Source: an uncultured Actinomycetota bacterium
GTDB lineage: Bacteria > Actinomycetota > Actinomycetes > CAVWCF01
Assembly (NCBI GenBank): GCA_963753435.1
Contig: CAVWCF010000001.1
Location: 256,001 to 320,000, forward strand
DNA length: 64,000 nt
Direction of reading: 5' to 3'
Under the pieces are notes generated by a model, which was not told where the DNA came from, did not search any database, and was given only the letters and a program-made list of their open reading frames with translations. A program made the position numbers and the translations under genes. Positions 12,590-22,390 of the stretch are shown here, in pieces (position 1 is the stretch's first letter; each line of letters opens with the position of its first letter).

Positions 12590-12614
12590 TGGCGGGCAGA
12601 AGCACTGCCCGTCA
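12590..12614. terminator. Hairpin, possible terminator for the HAD gene
   Basis: TGGCGGGCAG-AAGCA-CTGCCCGTCA; no U-tract. Confidence 0.4.
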
Positions 12615-12670
12615 GCCTCAGGCCACCGATCGCCGCGGACCGCCCGCTGAAGTCGACCTCGGCGCCGAAC

Positions 12671-13321
12671 CTACAAATGTGAGCCCAGAAGCTCCTGCAG
12701 CAGCGGGACGGACAGTTCTGCGAGCGAATCGACCACGTGGCGACCCGGTCCCACGGGGATCGGGACGGCGAACGGAACGGCGATGACTAGGCAGCCGGCG
12801 GCCTCCCCCGCTGCGACGCCGGTTGGGCTGTCCTCCAGAACTACGCAACGTCCTGGATCCACGCCGACGGCGACCGCGGCATGCAGATACGGATCGGGGT
12901 GCGGCTTGGTGCGGCTGGTGTCCTCCAGTGCGACCGTGACGGCGAAATGCTCGCCGCCGACGCTTGCCAGGACCGAGTCGACGAGGATCCGTGGCGATGC
13001 CGAAACCAAGCCGCAGGGAATCGCTGCATCCAGCAACTCGTCCAACAGGTCAACCGCACCCGGGCGGTGTTCGGTCCCGGAGGCGAGCAACTCCGCCATG
13101 GTCGCCACCAGAGCGGTCTCCATGACCGCCGCCGAATCGCCGGTGCGCTCGGCCATGTACGCAGACGTCCGGGACAGCGGACCGCCCACCTGGCTGGAGG
13201 AGTCGGCTTCGGTCCAGGGTTGCCCGTACGCGGCCATCACGGCGCTGCCGGCGTCCTGCCAAAGTCGCTCGGTGTCGACCAACAGACCGTCCATATCGAA
13301 GAAGACCGCTGCAAGGGTCAT
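12671..13321 (-). CDS. HAD-superfamily phosphatase (subfamily IA)
   Basis: FFDMDGLLVDTE, KPHPDPY, LEDSPTG. Confidence 0.92.
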   Translation of the reverse strand: MTLAAVFFDMDGLLVDTERLWQDAGSAVMAAYGQPWTEADSSSQVGGPLSRTSAYMAERTGDSAAVMETALVATMAELLASGTEHRPGAVDLLDELLDAAIPCGLVSASPRILVDSVLASVGGEHFAVTVALEDTSRTKPHPDPYLHAAVAVGVDPGRCVVLEDSPTGVAAGEAAGCLVIAVPFAVPIPVGPGRHVVDSLAELSVPLLQELLGSHL

Positions 13322-13444
13322 CGGCCACGCTCTCCCAGAGGGCCCCGATGAGGCAGGCAATTGCGCCGCATTTGGTTCCCGTGCTCCTAGTTCAGTACCG
13401 CGTCATGTCACGGGGTCGCTTGAGATTTGGCTCGACACCCCGAT
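13319..13444 (-). promoter_or_regulatory. Structured 5' leader of HAD gene, candidate cis-regulatory RNA
   Basis: -10 TAGGTT at 13456-13451; mutually exclusive helices; hairpin covering SD and AUG. Confidence 0.45.
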
Positions 13445-13484
13445 GTCCGCAACCTAGTGCTGCTAACGGATCTAGGCTGCTCCC

Positions 13485-13790
13485 ATGAGCACCCCCGAAG
13501 AGATGAACCCGGTCCCAGCCAGTTCGCCCATCCCGACGTTCCCGGACGGCAAGCCGATGGTGGACGTCAACGGCCAACCTGCCAGCCCGAAGAGCCGTCT
13601 CGCAGCGGCGCTGCTCGCCTTCTTCCTCGGCGCCCTCGGTGTCCACCGCTTCTACGTGGGGAAGATCGGCACCGGCATCCTCATGATCGTCACCTTGGGT
13701 GGCCTGGGGATCTGGGTGATCATCGACCTCATCGTCATCCTGATCGGTTCCTTCAAGGACAAGCAAGACCGAGTCCTGTCGAACTGGTAG
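13485..13790 (+). CDS. TM2-domain membrane protein
   Basis: KSRLAAALLAFFLGALGVHRFYVGK...GIWVIIDLI; TAGGCT-N6-ATG. Confidence 0.9.
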   Translation: MSTPEEMNPVPASSPIPTFPDGKPMVDVNGQPASPKSRLAAALLAFFLGALGVHRFYVGKIGTGILMIVTLGGLGIWVIIDLIVILIGSFKDKQDRVLSNW

Positions 13791-13841
13791 TCGACCAGCC
13801 GACGGCCCCCGGCGCGGAGTATCCAGCTCTGCCGGGTCGGG

Positions 13842-16800
13842 TCAGCGGGCGTTGAAGTACTTGGCTTCCGGATGGTGGGCGACCAGCGCTGACGTGGACT
13901 GCTCCGGGTGCAGCTGGAACTCCTCCGACAGCGTCACCCCGATCCGTTCGGCGTCGAGGAGTTCCATCAGCGGGACCTGCTGCTCCAGGTCCGGGCACGC
14001 CGGGTAGCCGAAGGAGTACCGCGAGCCCCGGTAGCCCTGGCGGAAGATGTCGCCGAGGTCGGTGGCGTCCTCCGCGGCGACGGCCAACTCGGCTCGCACC
14101 CGGGCATGCCAGAACTCCGCCAGCGCCTCGGTCAACTGCACCGATAGACCGTGTAGTTCCAGGTAGTCACGGTAGGAGTCATCGGCAAACAATTTCGCCG
14201 CTGCATCGTCAATGGCCTGCCCCATGGTCACGACCTGGAACGCCACCACGTCTGGCTGCGAACCCTTGGGGCGGAAGAAGTCGGCCAGGCACAGGTGCCG
14301 ATCGCGTCGCTGCCGCGGGAATGTGAACCGGGCTCGCTCCTGCCCCCGGTCGGGACCCTCGTGGTGCAGCACCACCAGGTCGTCCCCCTCCGAGAAGCAC
14401 GGGTAGTAGCCGTAGACGACCGCGGCCTCCAGCAGGCCGTCCGTCTGCAGCCGATCCAGCCACATGCGCAACCGGGGACGTCCTTCGGAGGCGACCAATT
14501 CGTCGTATCCGGGTCCCTCGCCCCGCGTGGGCTTCAGTCCCCACTGCCCAAGGAACAGTGCACGTTCATCCAAGTACTTCAGGTAGTCGGCCAACGCAAT
14601 GCCGCGGACAACCTGCGAGCCCCAGAACGGTGGCGTCGGAATGGGGTTGTCGACGGCAACGTCGGAGCGCTTGGGCAAGTCCGCCGGCGCCGACGCGCTA
14701 CTGCGATCCCGCACCACCCGTTTGCGGGGCTCCGGCAGTCCCGGCCCGCCTGCGCGCGCCGCTACCACTGCATCCATGAGCCGCAAGCCCTCAAAGGCGT
14801 CGCGGGCGTATCGCACCTCGCCGGCGTAGATTTCGGCGAGGTCGTGCTCGACGTAGGAGCGGGTCAGCGCCGCTCCCCCGAGTAGCACCGGCCACTGCGT
14901 GGCCACTCCGCGGGCGTTCATCTCCTCGAGGTTCTCCCGCATGACCACCGTTGACTTCACGAGCAAGCCGGACATTCCGATCGCGTCGGCGCTGTGTTCC
15001 TCAGCGGCAGCCAGAATCGTGCTGATCGGCTGCTTGATGCCCAAGTTGACGACCGTGTACCCGTTGTTGCTCAGGATGATGTCGACGAGGTTCTTGCCGA
15101 TGTCGTGCACGTCGCCCTTGACCGTCGCCAGCACGATCGTGCCCTTGCCGCGATCCGCCGAGGTCTCCATGTGCGGCTCCAAGTAGGCCACCGCCGCCTT
15201 CATGACTTCCGCGGATTGCAGCACGAACGGCAGTTGCATCTGCCCGGAGCCGAACAGGTCGCCGACCGTGCGCATGCCGGACAGCAGTGTGTCGTTGACG
15301 ATCTCCAGGGGCGGGCTCTGCTGCATGGCCGCATCGAGGTCGGCCTCCAGCCCCGGCCGGAAGCCGTCGACGATTCGCCGCTCCAAGCGCTCAAACACGC
15401 CGAGGCCGGCCAGTTCTTCTTCGATTGACTGCCCGGAGCCAGCGGCGGTGGCTCCTTCGAACATCGTGAGGAACACCGCCAGCGGGTCGTGGTCGGGGGT
15501 CCGCCGGTCGTAGATGAGGTCCAATGCCGCCTGACGTTGCTCGGCGGGGATCCGGTTGACCGGAAGGATCCGGCTCGGGTGCACGATCGCCGAATCCAGC
15601 CCCGCGCTGATGCACTCGTTAAGGAAGACGGAGTTGAGGACCTGCCGCGCGGCCGGGTTCAGGCCAAACGAAACGTTGGAGACACCCAGCGTGGTGTTCA
15701 CGTCCGGCCAGCGGCGCTTCACCTCGCGGATGGCGTCGATGGTCTCGATCGCGTCCCTGCGGGTCTCCTCCTGGCCGGTCGCGATGGGGAAGGTCAGGCA
15801 GTCGACGAGGATGTCGCTCACGGCCATCCCCCACCGCGTTGAGAGGTCGGAGATGAGCCTTTCCGCCACCGCGACTTTCCACTCCGCGGTCCGCGCCTGC
15901 CCCTCCTCGTCGATCGTCAACGCGACTACGGCGGCGCCGTGCTCGGCGACGAGGGGCATGATCTGGCCGTAGCGGCTGTCGTCCCCGTCGCCGTCCTCAA
16001 AGTTCACCGAATTGATGACTGCCCGGCCGCCGAGGTGCTCCAGGCCGGCGCGCAGCACCTCCGGCTCGGTGGAATCCAGCACGATCGGCAGAGTGGTCGC
16101 TGTGGCCAGCCGGGAGGCGACCTCGTGCATGTCGGCCGCACCATCGCGGCCGACGTAGTCGATGCAGACGTCCAGCATGTGCGCCCCGTCGCGCGTCTGG
16201 CTGCGCGCAATGTCCACGCAGTCGTCCCACCGCTCATCCAGAAGCGCCTCGCGGAAGGCCTTTGACCCATTGGCGTTGGTTCGCTCCCCGATCGCCAGGT
16301 ACGCGGTGTCCTGTCGGAACGGCACATGCACGTACAGGGAGGACGCGCCTGGCTCGGCGTGCGTGCGTCGCTGCTTCACTGGTCGGCCACCGACCCGCTG
16401 GACGACTTCACGAAGGTGTGCCGCGGTGGTGCCGCAGCAGCCACCAACGAGGCTCAACCCGAACTCACTGGTGAACCGGTCGTGAGCGTCGGCCAACTCG
16501 CTCGGTGTCAACGGGTAGGTGGCTCCCTCGGCACCCAGCACCGGCAGTCCGGCGTTCGGCATGGCGCTGATGGGGATGTCGCAGTTGCGGGACAGGTACC
16601 GCAGGTGCTCACTCATCTCTGCCGGCCCGGTCGCGCAGTTGAGCCCGATTGCGTCGACGCCTAGGGAGGTCAGCGCCGTGGCTGCGGCGGAGATCTCTGA
16701 TCCCAGCAGCATCGTCCCGGTGGTTTCGATGGTCACCTGGACCAGGATCGGCAGGTCCGCACCCGCGTCACGTGCGGCCCGTTTGGCCCCCAGGATCGCT

Positions 16801-17309
16801 GCCTTGGCTTGCAGCAGGTCTTGGACGGTCTCGATCAAGACTCCGTCCACACCGCCCGAGATCAGGCCGGCGACCTGCTCGGCGTAGGCGTCCCGCAGCC
16901 GCCCGAACGTGGTCGCACCCAGGCTTGGCAGTTTGGTGCCCGGTCCAACCGATCCCAGGACCCACCTTGGCTGCGAGGGCTCGCCGTAGCCGTCGGCGAC
17001 CTCGCGGGCCAGCCGGGCACCAGCCTCAGCCAGCTCCCGGATCCGGTGCTCGATTCCGTATTCGGCCAGGTTGGCCCAGTTGGCGCCGAACGTGTTGGTC
17101 TCCAGGACATCGACGCCGACGTCGAGGAAGGCCTGGTGAACGCCCTGCACGACATCGGGCCTGGTCACATTGAGGATCTCGTTGCAGCCGTCGTGCCCGT
17201 CGAAGTCATCCAGATCCAGGGACTCCGCCTGCAGCATCGTGCCCATCGCACCGTCGGCTACGACCACGCGCTCTTGAAGCGCAGCGCGAAGCAACTCGAC
17301 CCTGGACAC
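13842..17309 (-). CDS. metH: Cobalamin-dependent methionine synthase
   Basis: DGAMGTMLQ, LNCATGP, GGCCGT, IGERTNANGS, GDVHDIGKN, RYSFGYPACP. Confidence 0.98.
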   Translation of the reverse strand: MSRVELLRAALQERVVVADGAMGTMLQAESLDLDDFDGHDGCNEILNVTRPDVVQGVHQAFLDVGVDVLETNTFGANWANLAEYGIEHRIRELAEAGARLAREVADGYGEPSQPRWVLGSVGPGTKLPSLGATTFGRLRDAYAEQVAGLISGGVDGVLIETVQDLLQAKAAILGAKRAARDAGADLPILVQVTIETTGTMLLGSEISAAATALTSLGVDAIGLNCATGPAEMSEHLRYLSRNCDIPISAMPNAGLPVLGAEGATYPLTPSELADAHDRFTSEFGLSLVGGCCGTTAAHLREVVQRVGGRPVKQRRTHAEPGASSLYVHVPFRQDTAYLAIGERTNANGSKAFREALLDERWDDCVDIARSQTRDGAHMLDVCIDYVGRDGAADMHEVASRLATATTLPIVLDSTEPEVLRAGLEHLGGRAVINSVNFEDGDGDDSRYGQIMPLVAEHGAAVVALTIDEEGQARTAEWKVAVAERLISDLSTRWGMAVSDILVDCLTFPIATGQEETRRDAIETIDAIREVKRRWPDVNTTLGVSNVSFGLNPAARQVLNSVFLNECISAGLDSAIVHPSRILPVNRIPAEQRQAALDLIYDRRTPDHDPLAVFLTMFEGATAAGSGQSIEEELAGLGVFERLERRIVDGFRPGLEADLDAAMQQSPPLEIVNDTLLSGMRTVGDLFGSGQMQLPFVLQSAEVMKAAVAYLEPHMETSADRGKGTIVLATVKGDVHDIGKNLVDIILSNNGYTVVNLGIKQPISTILAAAEEHSADAIGMSGLLVKSTVVMRENLEEMNARGVATQWPVLLGGAALTRSYVEHDLAEIYAGEVRYARDAFEGLRLMDAVVAARAGGPGLPEPRKRVVRDRSSASAPADLPKRSDVAVDNPIPTPPFWGSQVVRGIALADYLKYLDERALFLGQWGLKPTRGEGPGYDELVASEGRPRLRMWLDRLQTDGLLEAAVVYGYYPCFSEGDDLVVLHHEGPDRGQERARFTFPRQRRDRHLCLADFFRPKGSQPDVVAFQVVTMGQAIDDAAAKLFADDSYRDYLELHGLSVQLTEALAEFWHARVRAELAVAAEDATDLGDIFRQGYRGSRYSFGYPACPDLEQQVPLMELLDAERIGVTLSEEFQLHPEQSTSALVAHHPEAKYFNAR

Positions 17310-17399
17310 GCGCTGAGCCTAGGCGTTGGTCACGCGTCTGCTGAGCGCCCCTGGTGCCGCTACGGGCGCATTGACGCGGGCGCACAGTAGGTTCGAGCA

Positions 17400-18332
17400 G
17401 TGCTGCAACCACTCGGGGCCACCACCGCACCGCTGGCCGGGGATGACCTCGACCTGCCGGGGGCCGGCATCACGCTGCGGGGCACGCAATGGACCAATGG
17501 TGGACAGCCTGGCGCTACGCGGCCCGATGCGGCCCCAGCGGTGGTCCTACTGCACGGACTGAGTTCGCAGCGACGCTTCTTCAACCTGGTCGTGACCGGC
17601 CTGGCCGGTCTCGACGTGCTGGCGCTGGACCTCCGCGGTCACGGTGATTCCGAACGCCCCGACGGCCCCTATGACGTCGTTACCTGCGCCGCAGATGTGC
17701 TGGCAGCCGTCGAGGCCTGGCGTCCGCAAGGCGAACTCGTGCTCGTTGGGCACTCCTGGGGGGCTTCGGTGGCCGTTGCGGCCGCGGCGATGGGTGGAGA
17801 CCGCGTCGCAGCCGCGGTGGCGATCGACGGCGGGGCGTTTCCGAACGTCGAGGCCCAACGGCGCGGACAGTTGCGTGAGGTGCTGACTCCTCCGCGCCTG
17901 GCGCTACCGCCGAACGAGGTGGCGCAGTTGTACGCGAGTGGCCCGCTGGCTCCCTGGTGGACCGGCGCGCACGCCGATGCCGTATTGCCCGGCTGGGCCG
18001 TGGACGCTGACGGTCTGGCGCGCAGCCGGTTGGGTTTCGACCGGCACATGGCCGTGTTGGACGGGCTGCTCGAACACGATGGCGAGCAGGCCCTGGCCGA
18101 GGTGCTGGCCCCGTTGTGGCTGGTCACCTGTGAGCCGCCGAGCGCCAGCGCCGACGTTGAAGAATGGGTTCAGCGGCGGGAGGCGGTGCTGCAGCGGGCG
18201 CTGGCCGAGCGCTCGAATCGTCGGCTGCTTCGCTGGACCGGGGCCCTGCACGACGTCCCGTTGCAGTGGCCAGAACTCGTTGCTGGTCTGATTCGGACGG
18301 TTGCCGCCGAGGCGCAGGCAGGAGTGCGTTGA
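17400..18332 (+). CDS. Alpha/beta-fold hydrolase
   Basis: LLHGL, DLRGHGDS, GHSWG, LHDVP. Confidence 0.88.
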   Translation: MLQPLGATTAPLAGDDLDLPGAGITLRGTQWTNGGQPGATRPDAAPAVVLLHGLSSQRRFFNLVVTGLAGLDVLALDLRGHGDSERPDGPYDVVTCAADVLAAVEAWRPQGELVLVGHSWGASVAVAAAAMGGDRVAAAVAIDGGAFPNVEAQRRGQLREVLTPPRLALPPNEVAQLYASGPLAPWWTGAHADAVLPGWAVDADGLARSRLGFDRHMAVLDGLLEHDGEQALAEVLAPLWLVTCEPPSASADVEEWVQRREAVLQRALAERSNRRLLRWTGALHDVPLQWPELVAGLIRTVAAEAQAGVR

Positions 18333-19186
18333 TGGAACTGGACCATGTGCCCGACCTGGTGGACCCGGTGATGCTGGCCGCTTTCGAGGGCTGGAACGAC
18401 GCCGGCGAGGCCGCCTCGGATGCAATCGCCTTCTTGGCCGACGCCTGGCAGGCCAGCATCGTCGGGGAAATGGATCCGGAGGACTACTACGACTTCCAGG
18501 TGAACCGGCCCCTTATCTCCACCGCGGACGACGGGCAGCGCCGCCTGCAGTGGCCGACGACACGCCTGCTGGTCGCCCGTCCCCCCTTGCAGCAGCGCGA
18601 CATCGTCTTGGTCCAGGGAATCGAACCGAGCATGCGGTGGCGCGGCTACACGGCAGAACTCCTCGGTGCGGCCTACGACCTGGGCGTGGAGATGGTGATC
18701 ACGTTGGGTGCTCTGCTCGCCGACACCCCGCATACCCGACCGGTCCCCGTGACTGGGACAACCTCTGATGCGGACATGCGGGAACGGCTGGGACTGGAGG
18801 CGTCCCGCTACGAAGGGCCGACCGGGATTGTGGGTGTGGTTCAGGAGGCCTGCAGCAGCGCCGGTCTGCCGGCGGCCTCGCTGTGGGCTGCGGTCCCGCA
18901 CTACGTCGCGGCGCCGCCGTCCCCCAAGGCGATGATGGCGCTGCTGCGGACCGTGGAGGACCTATTGGAGGTGCCCATCCCCATGGGCGACCTGGCCGAC
19001 GAGGCGCGGGCCTGGCAGACCGGTGCGGACGAACTGGCCGAAGAGGACGAGGAGATCGGCTCCTACGTTCGGGGTTTGGAAGAGGCTCAGGACGCGGCCG
19101 AACTGCCCGAAGCCTCCGGCGAGGCGATCGCTCGGGAGTTCGAGCGTTTCCTGCGCCGCCAGGGCGACGACCCGCCGCCCGGGTAG
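18332..19186 (+). CDS. PAC2-family protein
   Basis: AAFEGWNDAG, YDFQVNRP, LADTPHTRP, YEGPTGI, WAAVPHYV; TGATG overlap with upstream gene. Confidence 0.92.
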   Translation: MELDHVPDLVDPVMLAAFEGWNDAGEAASDAIAFLADAWQASIVGEMDPEDYYDFQVNRPLISTADDGQRRLQWPTTRLLVARPPLQQRDIVLVQGIEPSMRWRGYTAELLGAAYDLGVEMVITLGALLADTPHTRPVPVTGTTSDADMRERLGLEASRYEGPTGIVGVVQEACSSAGLPAASLWAAVPHYVAAPPSPKAMMALLRTVEDLLEVPIPMGDLADEARAWQTGADELAEEDEEIGSYVRGLEEAQDAAELPEASGEAIAREFERFLRRQGDDPPPG

Positions 19187-19191
19187 ACCGA

Positions 19192-20418
19192 CTAGTGGTT
19201 GTTGCCGAAGACAGACACGCCTAGCAGGGCGGCAACGGCGTCGGCGACCAGTGCGGGAGCTGCCGCGTCGCCACCGTCGGCGGCCGCCCAATCGTCAACT
19301 GCCTGTAGCGCGCGGGGTGCGTCAAGATCGGCTGCGAGCGCGGCCCGAATCGCACCGATCACTGGTTCGGCCGGCTGCGCAGTGCTACGTCGGGCGGCTT
19401 GGCCCCACCGGTCCAACCGGGCAACGGCCCGTTCAAGGTCGGCGTCGGTCCACTCCCAGTCGGTTCGGTAGTGGTGTGCCAGCAGCGCCAGTCGGATCGC
19501 CATCGGGGCGACCTGCTGACGCAGTGCCGATACGAAGACGAGGTTGCCCTTCGACTTGGACATCTTCTCCCCGGCCCAGGCGACCATGCCGGCGTGCACG
19601 TAGGCGTTGGCGAAAGGGTGCTCAGGGTCCAAGGCAGTGGCCTGGGATGCGCTCATCTCGTGGTGCGGGAAGACAAGGTCGGAACCGCCGCCCTGAACGG
19701 CGAAGGTCGGCCCCAGATGGGCCCTGGCGATGGCGGTGCATTCCACGTGCCAGCCGGGCCGCCCGTGACCAAGGCGGGACTCCCATGCCGGCTCTTCCGG
19801 CCGCTGCGCCTGCCACAACAGCGGGTCCAGCGGATCGCGCTTGCCAGGCCGCTGTGGGTCGCCGCCACGTTCGGCGAACATCTTCTCCATTTGCGCCCGC
19901 GGCCAACCGCTGACGCGGCCAAAGCCCGGGTCGGCGGCCACGGAGAAGTACACGTCTTGGCCCACCTGGTACGCGGACCCGGAGTCGACGAGCTCCTGCA
20001 CCACGTCCTCGATGAGCGGCAACGATTCGACGACGCCGAGATAGTGCTGCGGCGGCAGGACGGCGAGAGCGGCCATGTCCTCCCGGAACAACTGGGTTTC
20101 GCGGGCCGCGATCGCGCGCCAGTCATCACCCACTGCGACGGCGCGCTCCAGAAGAGGATCGTCGACATCAGTCACGTTCTGCACGTACGTGACCGTCAAG
20201 CCGGCATCCAGCCAGGCGCGGTGCAGCAGATCGAAGGCAACGTAGGTGGCCGCGTGCCCCATGTGGGTGGCGTCGTACGGCGTGATCCCGCACACGTAAA
20301 GGCCCGCATGCGCCCCGGAAACGGGTTGCGTCAGGCCGTTCGTGGCGGTGTCGAACACATAGACCGGACCGCCGGTTCCAGGGATCTGCGGCGGCACGGC
20401 CGCAGCCCAGGACTCCAC
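19192..20418 (-). CDS. mshC: Cys:GlcN-Ins ligase (mycothiol synthesis)
   Basis: [38 protein letters not shown]; short CysRS paralogue. Confidence 0.95.
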   Translation of the reverse strand: MESWAAAVPPQIPGTGGPVYVFDTATNGLTQPVSGAHAGLYVCGITPYDATHMGHAATYVAFDLLHRAWLDAGLTVTYVQNVTDVDDPLLERAVAVGDDWRAIAARETQLFREDMAALAVLPPQHYLGVVESLPLIEDVVQELVDSGSAYQVGQDVYFSVAADPGFGRVSGWPRAQMEKMFAERGGDPQRPGKRDPLDPLLWQAQRPEEPAWESRLGHGRPGWHVECTAIARAHLGPTFAVQGGGSDLVFPHHEMSASQATALDPEHPFANAYVHAGMVAWAGEKMSKSKGNLVFVSALRQQVAPMAIRLALLAHHYRTDWEWTDADLERAVARLDRWGQAARRSTAQPAEPVIGAIRAALAADLDAPRALQAVDDWAAADGGDAAAPALVADAVAALLGVSVFGNNH

Positions 20419-20443
20419 GAGCGCCGAGCCTAACCGGGGATCC

Positions 20444-21163
20444 TCAGAAGACCGGCCACGGGACGGCTGGCCACTCCGGCGACGGTTCCGGGTGCAGGCG
20501 CTCGGTGAGGAGCCGGTCGAGGCGGTGCAATGTGGCGGCTACTTCGGCTCGGGACAACAGACCCGCGAGGGTCTGGCCGAGCGCTCCATCTACGGCGGTG
20601 ACCAATCCGGTCAGCACCTCGACTGCCTCGTCGGTCAAGGGTTGGCTACGCCAGCCCCACAACACCGTCCGAAGCTTGTCCTCGGTCGCGAAGGTGACCC
20701 CATGGTCGATGCCCACGACCGCGCCTTCAGGGGTGGGGAGCAAGTGTCCACCCTTCCGGTCGGCGTTGTTGATGACCGCATCGAGGACGGCGATCCGCCG
20801 CAGGTCGGGGTGCTGGCTGCGAATCAGTTCCAGCGGGTCCACCGCCTCGTCGGTTTCCACCCAGGCTTGGACCATGCCCGGGCCGGCCGGTCCGTCGCGA
20901 AAGACCGTCGGCGGGATCAGGTTCCAGCCGGTATGCCGACTGACTTGGTAGGCGGCGACTTCGCGGTTGGCCAGGGTGCCGTCGGGGAAGTCCCAGAGCG
21001 GCCGCTCCCCCGCAACGGGCTTGTAGACGGCCGCGATGCTGACCCCGTCAGCAACCACTGAGCAGTACAGCGTTGCGTTCGAGGCGTCGATGAGGCGCCC
21101 TTCGATGTCGATCTGTCCGCGCTGCAGCAACTCCAAGGTCGCGGGTTCGTCCACTGCTACCAC
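20444..21163 (-). CDS. SCO1664-family PI3/4-kinase-like protein
   Basis: [28 protein letters not shown]. Confidence 0.9.
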   Translation of the reverse strand: MVAVDEPATLELLQRGQIDIEGRLIDASNATLYCSVVADGVSIAAVYKPVAGERPLWDFPDGTLANREVAAYQVSRHTGWNLIPPTVFRDGPAGPGMVQAWVETDEAVDPLELIRSQHPDLRRIAVLDAVINNADRKGGHLLPTPEGAVVGIDHGVTFATEDKLRTVLWGWRSQPLTDEAVEVLTGLVTAVDGALGQTLAGLLSRAEVAATLHRLDRLLTERLHPEPSPEWPAVPWPVF

Positions 21164-21166
21164 CGG

Positions 21167-21691
21167 TCAGCGGCGCCGGTACCCGTTGCGACGCGGGCAG
21201 ATATGACCTTCGGGGTCCAACGGCTGCTGGCAGAAGGGGCACGGGGGCCGTCCTGCCGATACCAGCGCCTGGGATCGGCGGATGAACTCCCGGGCGGGCC
21301 CCGGGCGCAGGCGCACCTGTAGCCGTGCCTCGTCGGATTCTGTGTCGGATTCGGCGTCGGCCCGGGCCTCGATCAGGACCGAGCTGGAGGTGTCGTCCCA
21401 GACCAGGGACAACTCCGCCACCCGGAACTCCTCCTCAAGGGGTAGGTCCAGTGGACCGTTGTCCTTCAACTCCGGGGGTGGCTCCTGCGGCACTTCGTCG
21501 TTTCCGCCGGCACGCACCGCATCAAGCATCACCGCCATCCGCTCGGCCAGCAGCGCCACCTGGGTCTTTTCGCAGACGACCGACGTGATGCGGTCCTCCT
21601 GCCGGACCTGCAGGTAGAAGGTGCGTTGACCCGGTTCGCCGACGGTGCCGGCCACAAAACGGTCCGGTGCGGCGTAGTCCAAGGACGTCAC
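21167..21691 (-). CDS. DUF3090-family protein
   Basis: FVAGTVGEPGQRTFYLQ; C-terminal GRPPCPFC...GHICPRRNG. Confidence 0.9.
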   Translation of the reverse strand: MTSLDYAAPDRFVAGTVGEPGQRTFYLQVRQEDRITSVVCEKTQVALLAERMAVMLDAVRAGGNDEVPQEPPPELKDNGPLDLPLEEEFRVAELSLVWDDTSSSVLIEARADAESDTESDEARLQVRLRPGPAREFIRRSQALVSAGRPPCPFCQQPLDPEGHICPRRNGYRRR

Positions 21692-21700
21692 GGTGTCACC

Positions 21701-22375
21701 CTAGGGCCGCTTCGGCCCGGCCCCGCCGCCAACTTCTGGCGCGCGCCGACGCGAACCTCCGCCGAAGCCGGACAGGTTGCCAGTGGTGTCGTTGAGCCGA
21801 AGGACCAACGGGCGCATCTCGGTGTAGGCGATCACTGACACCGACCCGGGATCGACGACTATGCGCTGGAACTGATCCAGGTGCAGTCCCAGCGCGTCGG
21901 CGACGATCGCCTTGATGACGTCTCCGTGCGAGCAGGCCAGGACCACGCCCTTGGGACGTTCGCGAACGATCTCGCGGATCGCTTCGACCGCGCGGGCCTG
22001 CATCTGCGCCAGGGCCTCGCCGCCGGGGAACACCGCCGCACTGGGGTGGTTCTGCACCACGGGCCACAGTTTGCGCCGGGACAGGACCGACAACTTCTTG
22101 CCCGTCCAGTCGCCGTAGTCGACCTCGGCTAAACGGTCGTCGAGTTCCACGGGCGTTCGGGGCCGGTCCCGCTGAACAGGCTCCAGCGTCTGCAGGCAGC
22201 GCTGCAGCGGACTGGTGTGGATGGCGGTCAGCCGCAAGCCCTTGAGCCGATGGGCCAGCTGTTCGGCCTGCTCCTTGCCGGTGGCGTCCAGCTTGGTCCC
22301 CGGGGCACGCCCGGCCAACACCCCGGCCGTGTTGGCGGTGGTTCGGCCGTGGCGGGCCAGCAGCACAACGGTCAC
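21701..22375 (-). CDS. Histidine phosphatase (MSMEG_4193 family)
   Basis: ARHGRT, SPLQRC, EVDYGDW, SHGDVIK. Confidence 0.9.
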   Translation of the reverse strand: MTVVLLARHGRTTANTAGVLAGRAPGTKLDATGKEQAEQLAHRLKGLRLTAIHTSPLQRCLQTLEPVQRDRPRTPVELDDRLAEVDYGDWTGKKLSVLSRRKLWPVVQNHPSAAVFPGGEALAQMQARAVEAIREIVRERPKGVVLACSHGDVIKAIVADALGLHLDQFQRIVVDPGSVSVIAYTEMRPLVLRLNDTTGNLSGFGGGSRRRAPEVGGGAGPKRP

Positions 22376-22390
22376 GGGGGCAGTCTCACA

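Noticed and set aside
13407-13480. TPP-riboswitch resemblance on the plus strand (GGGGT..TGAGA..ACACCC..AACCT)
   Set aside because: No CTGAGA, GAACCTG or 3' GCGNAGGGA; the TM2 gene looks leaderless; the minus-strand reading fits better.
12550-17358. 14-bp inverted repeat GGCACCAGGGGCGC (12550-12563) / GCGCCCCTGGTGCC (17345-17358) flanking HAD-TM2-metH
   Set aside because: GC-rich, no transposase or target duplication, and core genes inside; chance is plausible, though a shared operator is not excluded.
17310-17399. Possible SAM/B12 riboswitch before metH
   Set aside because: Only 90 bp, holding two divergent leaderless promoters; no aptamer motifs.
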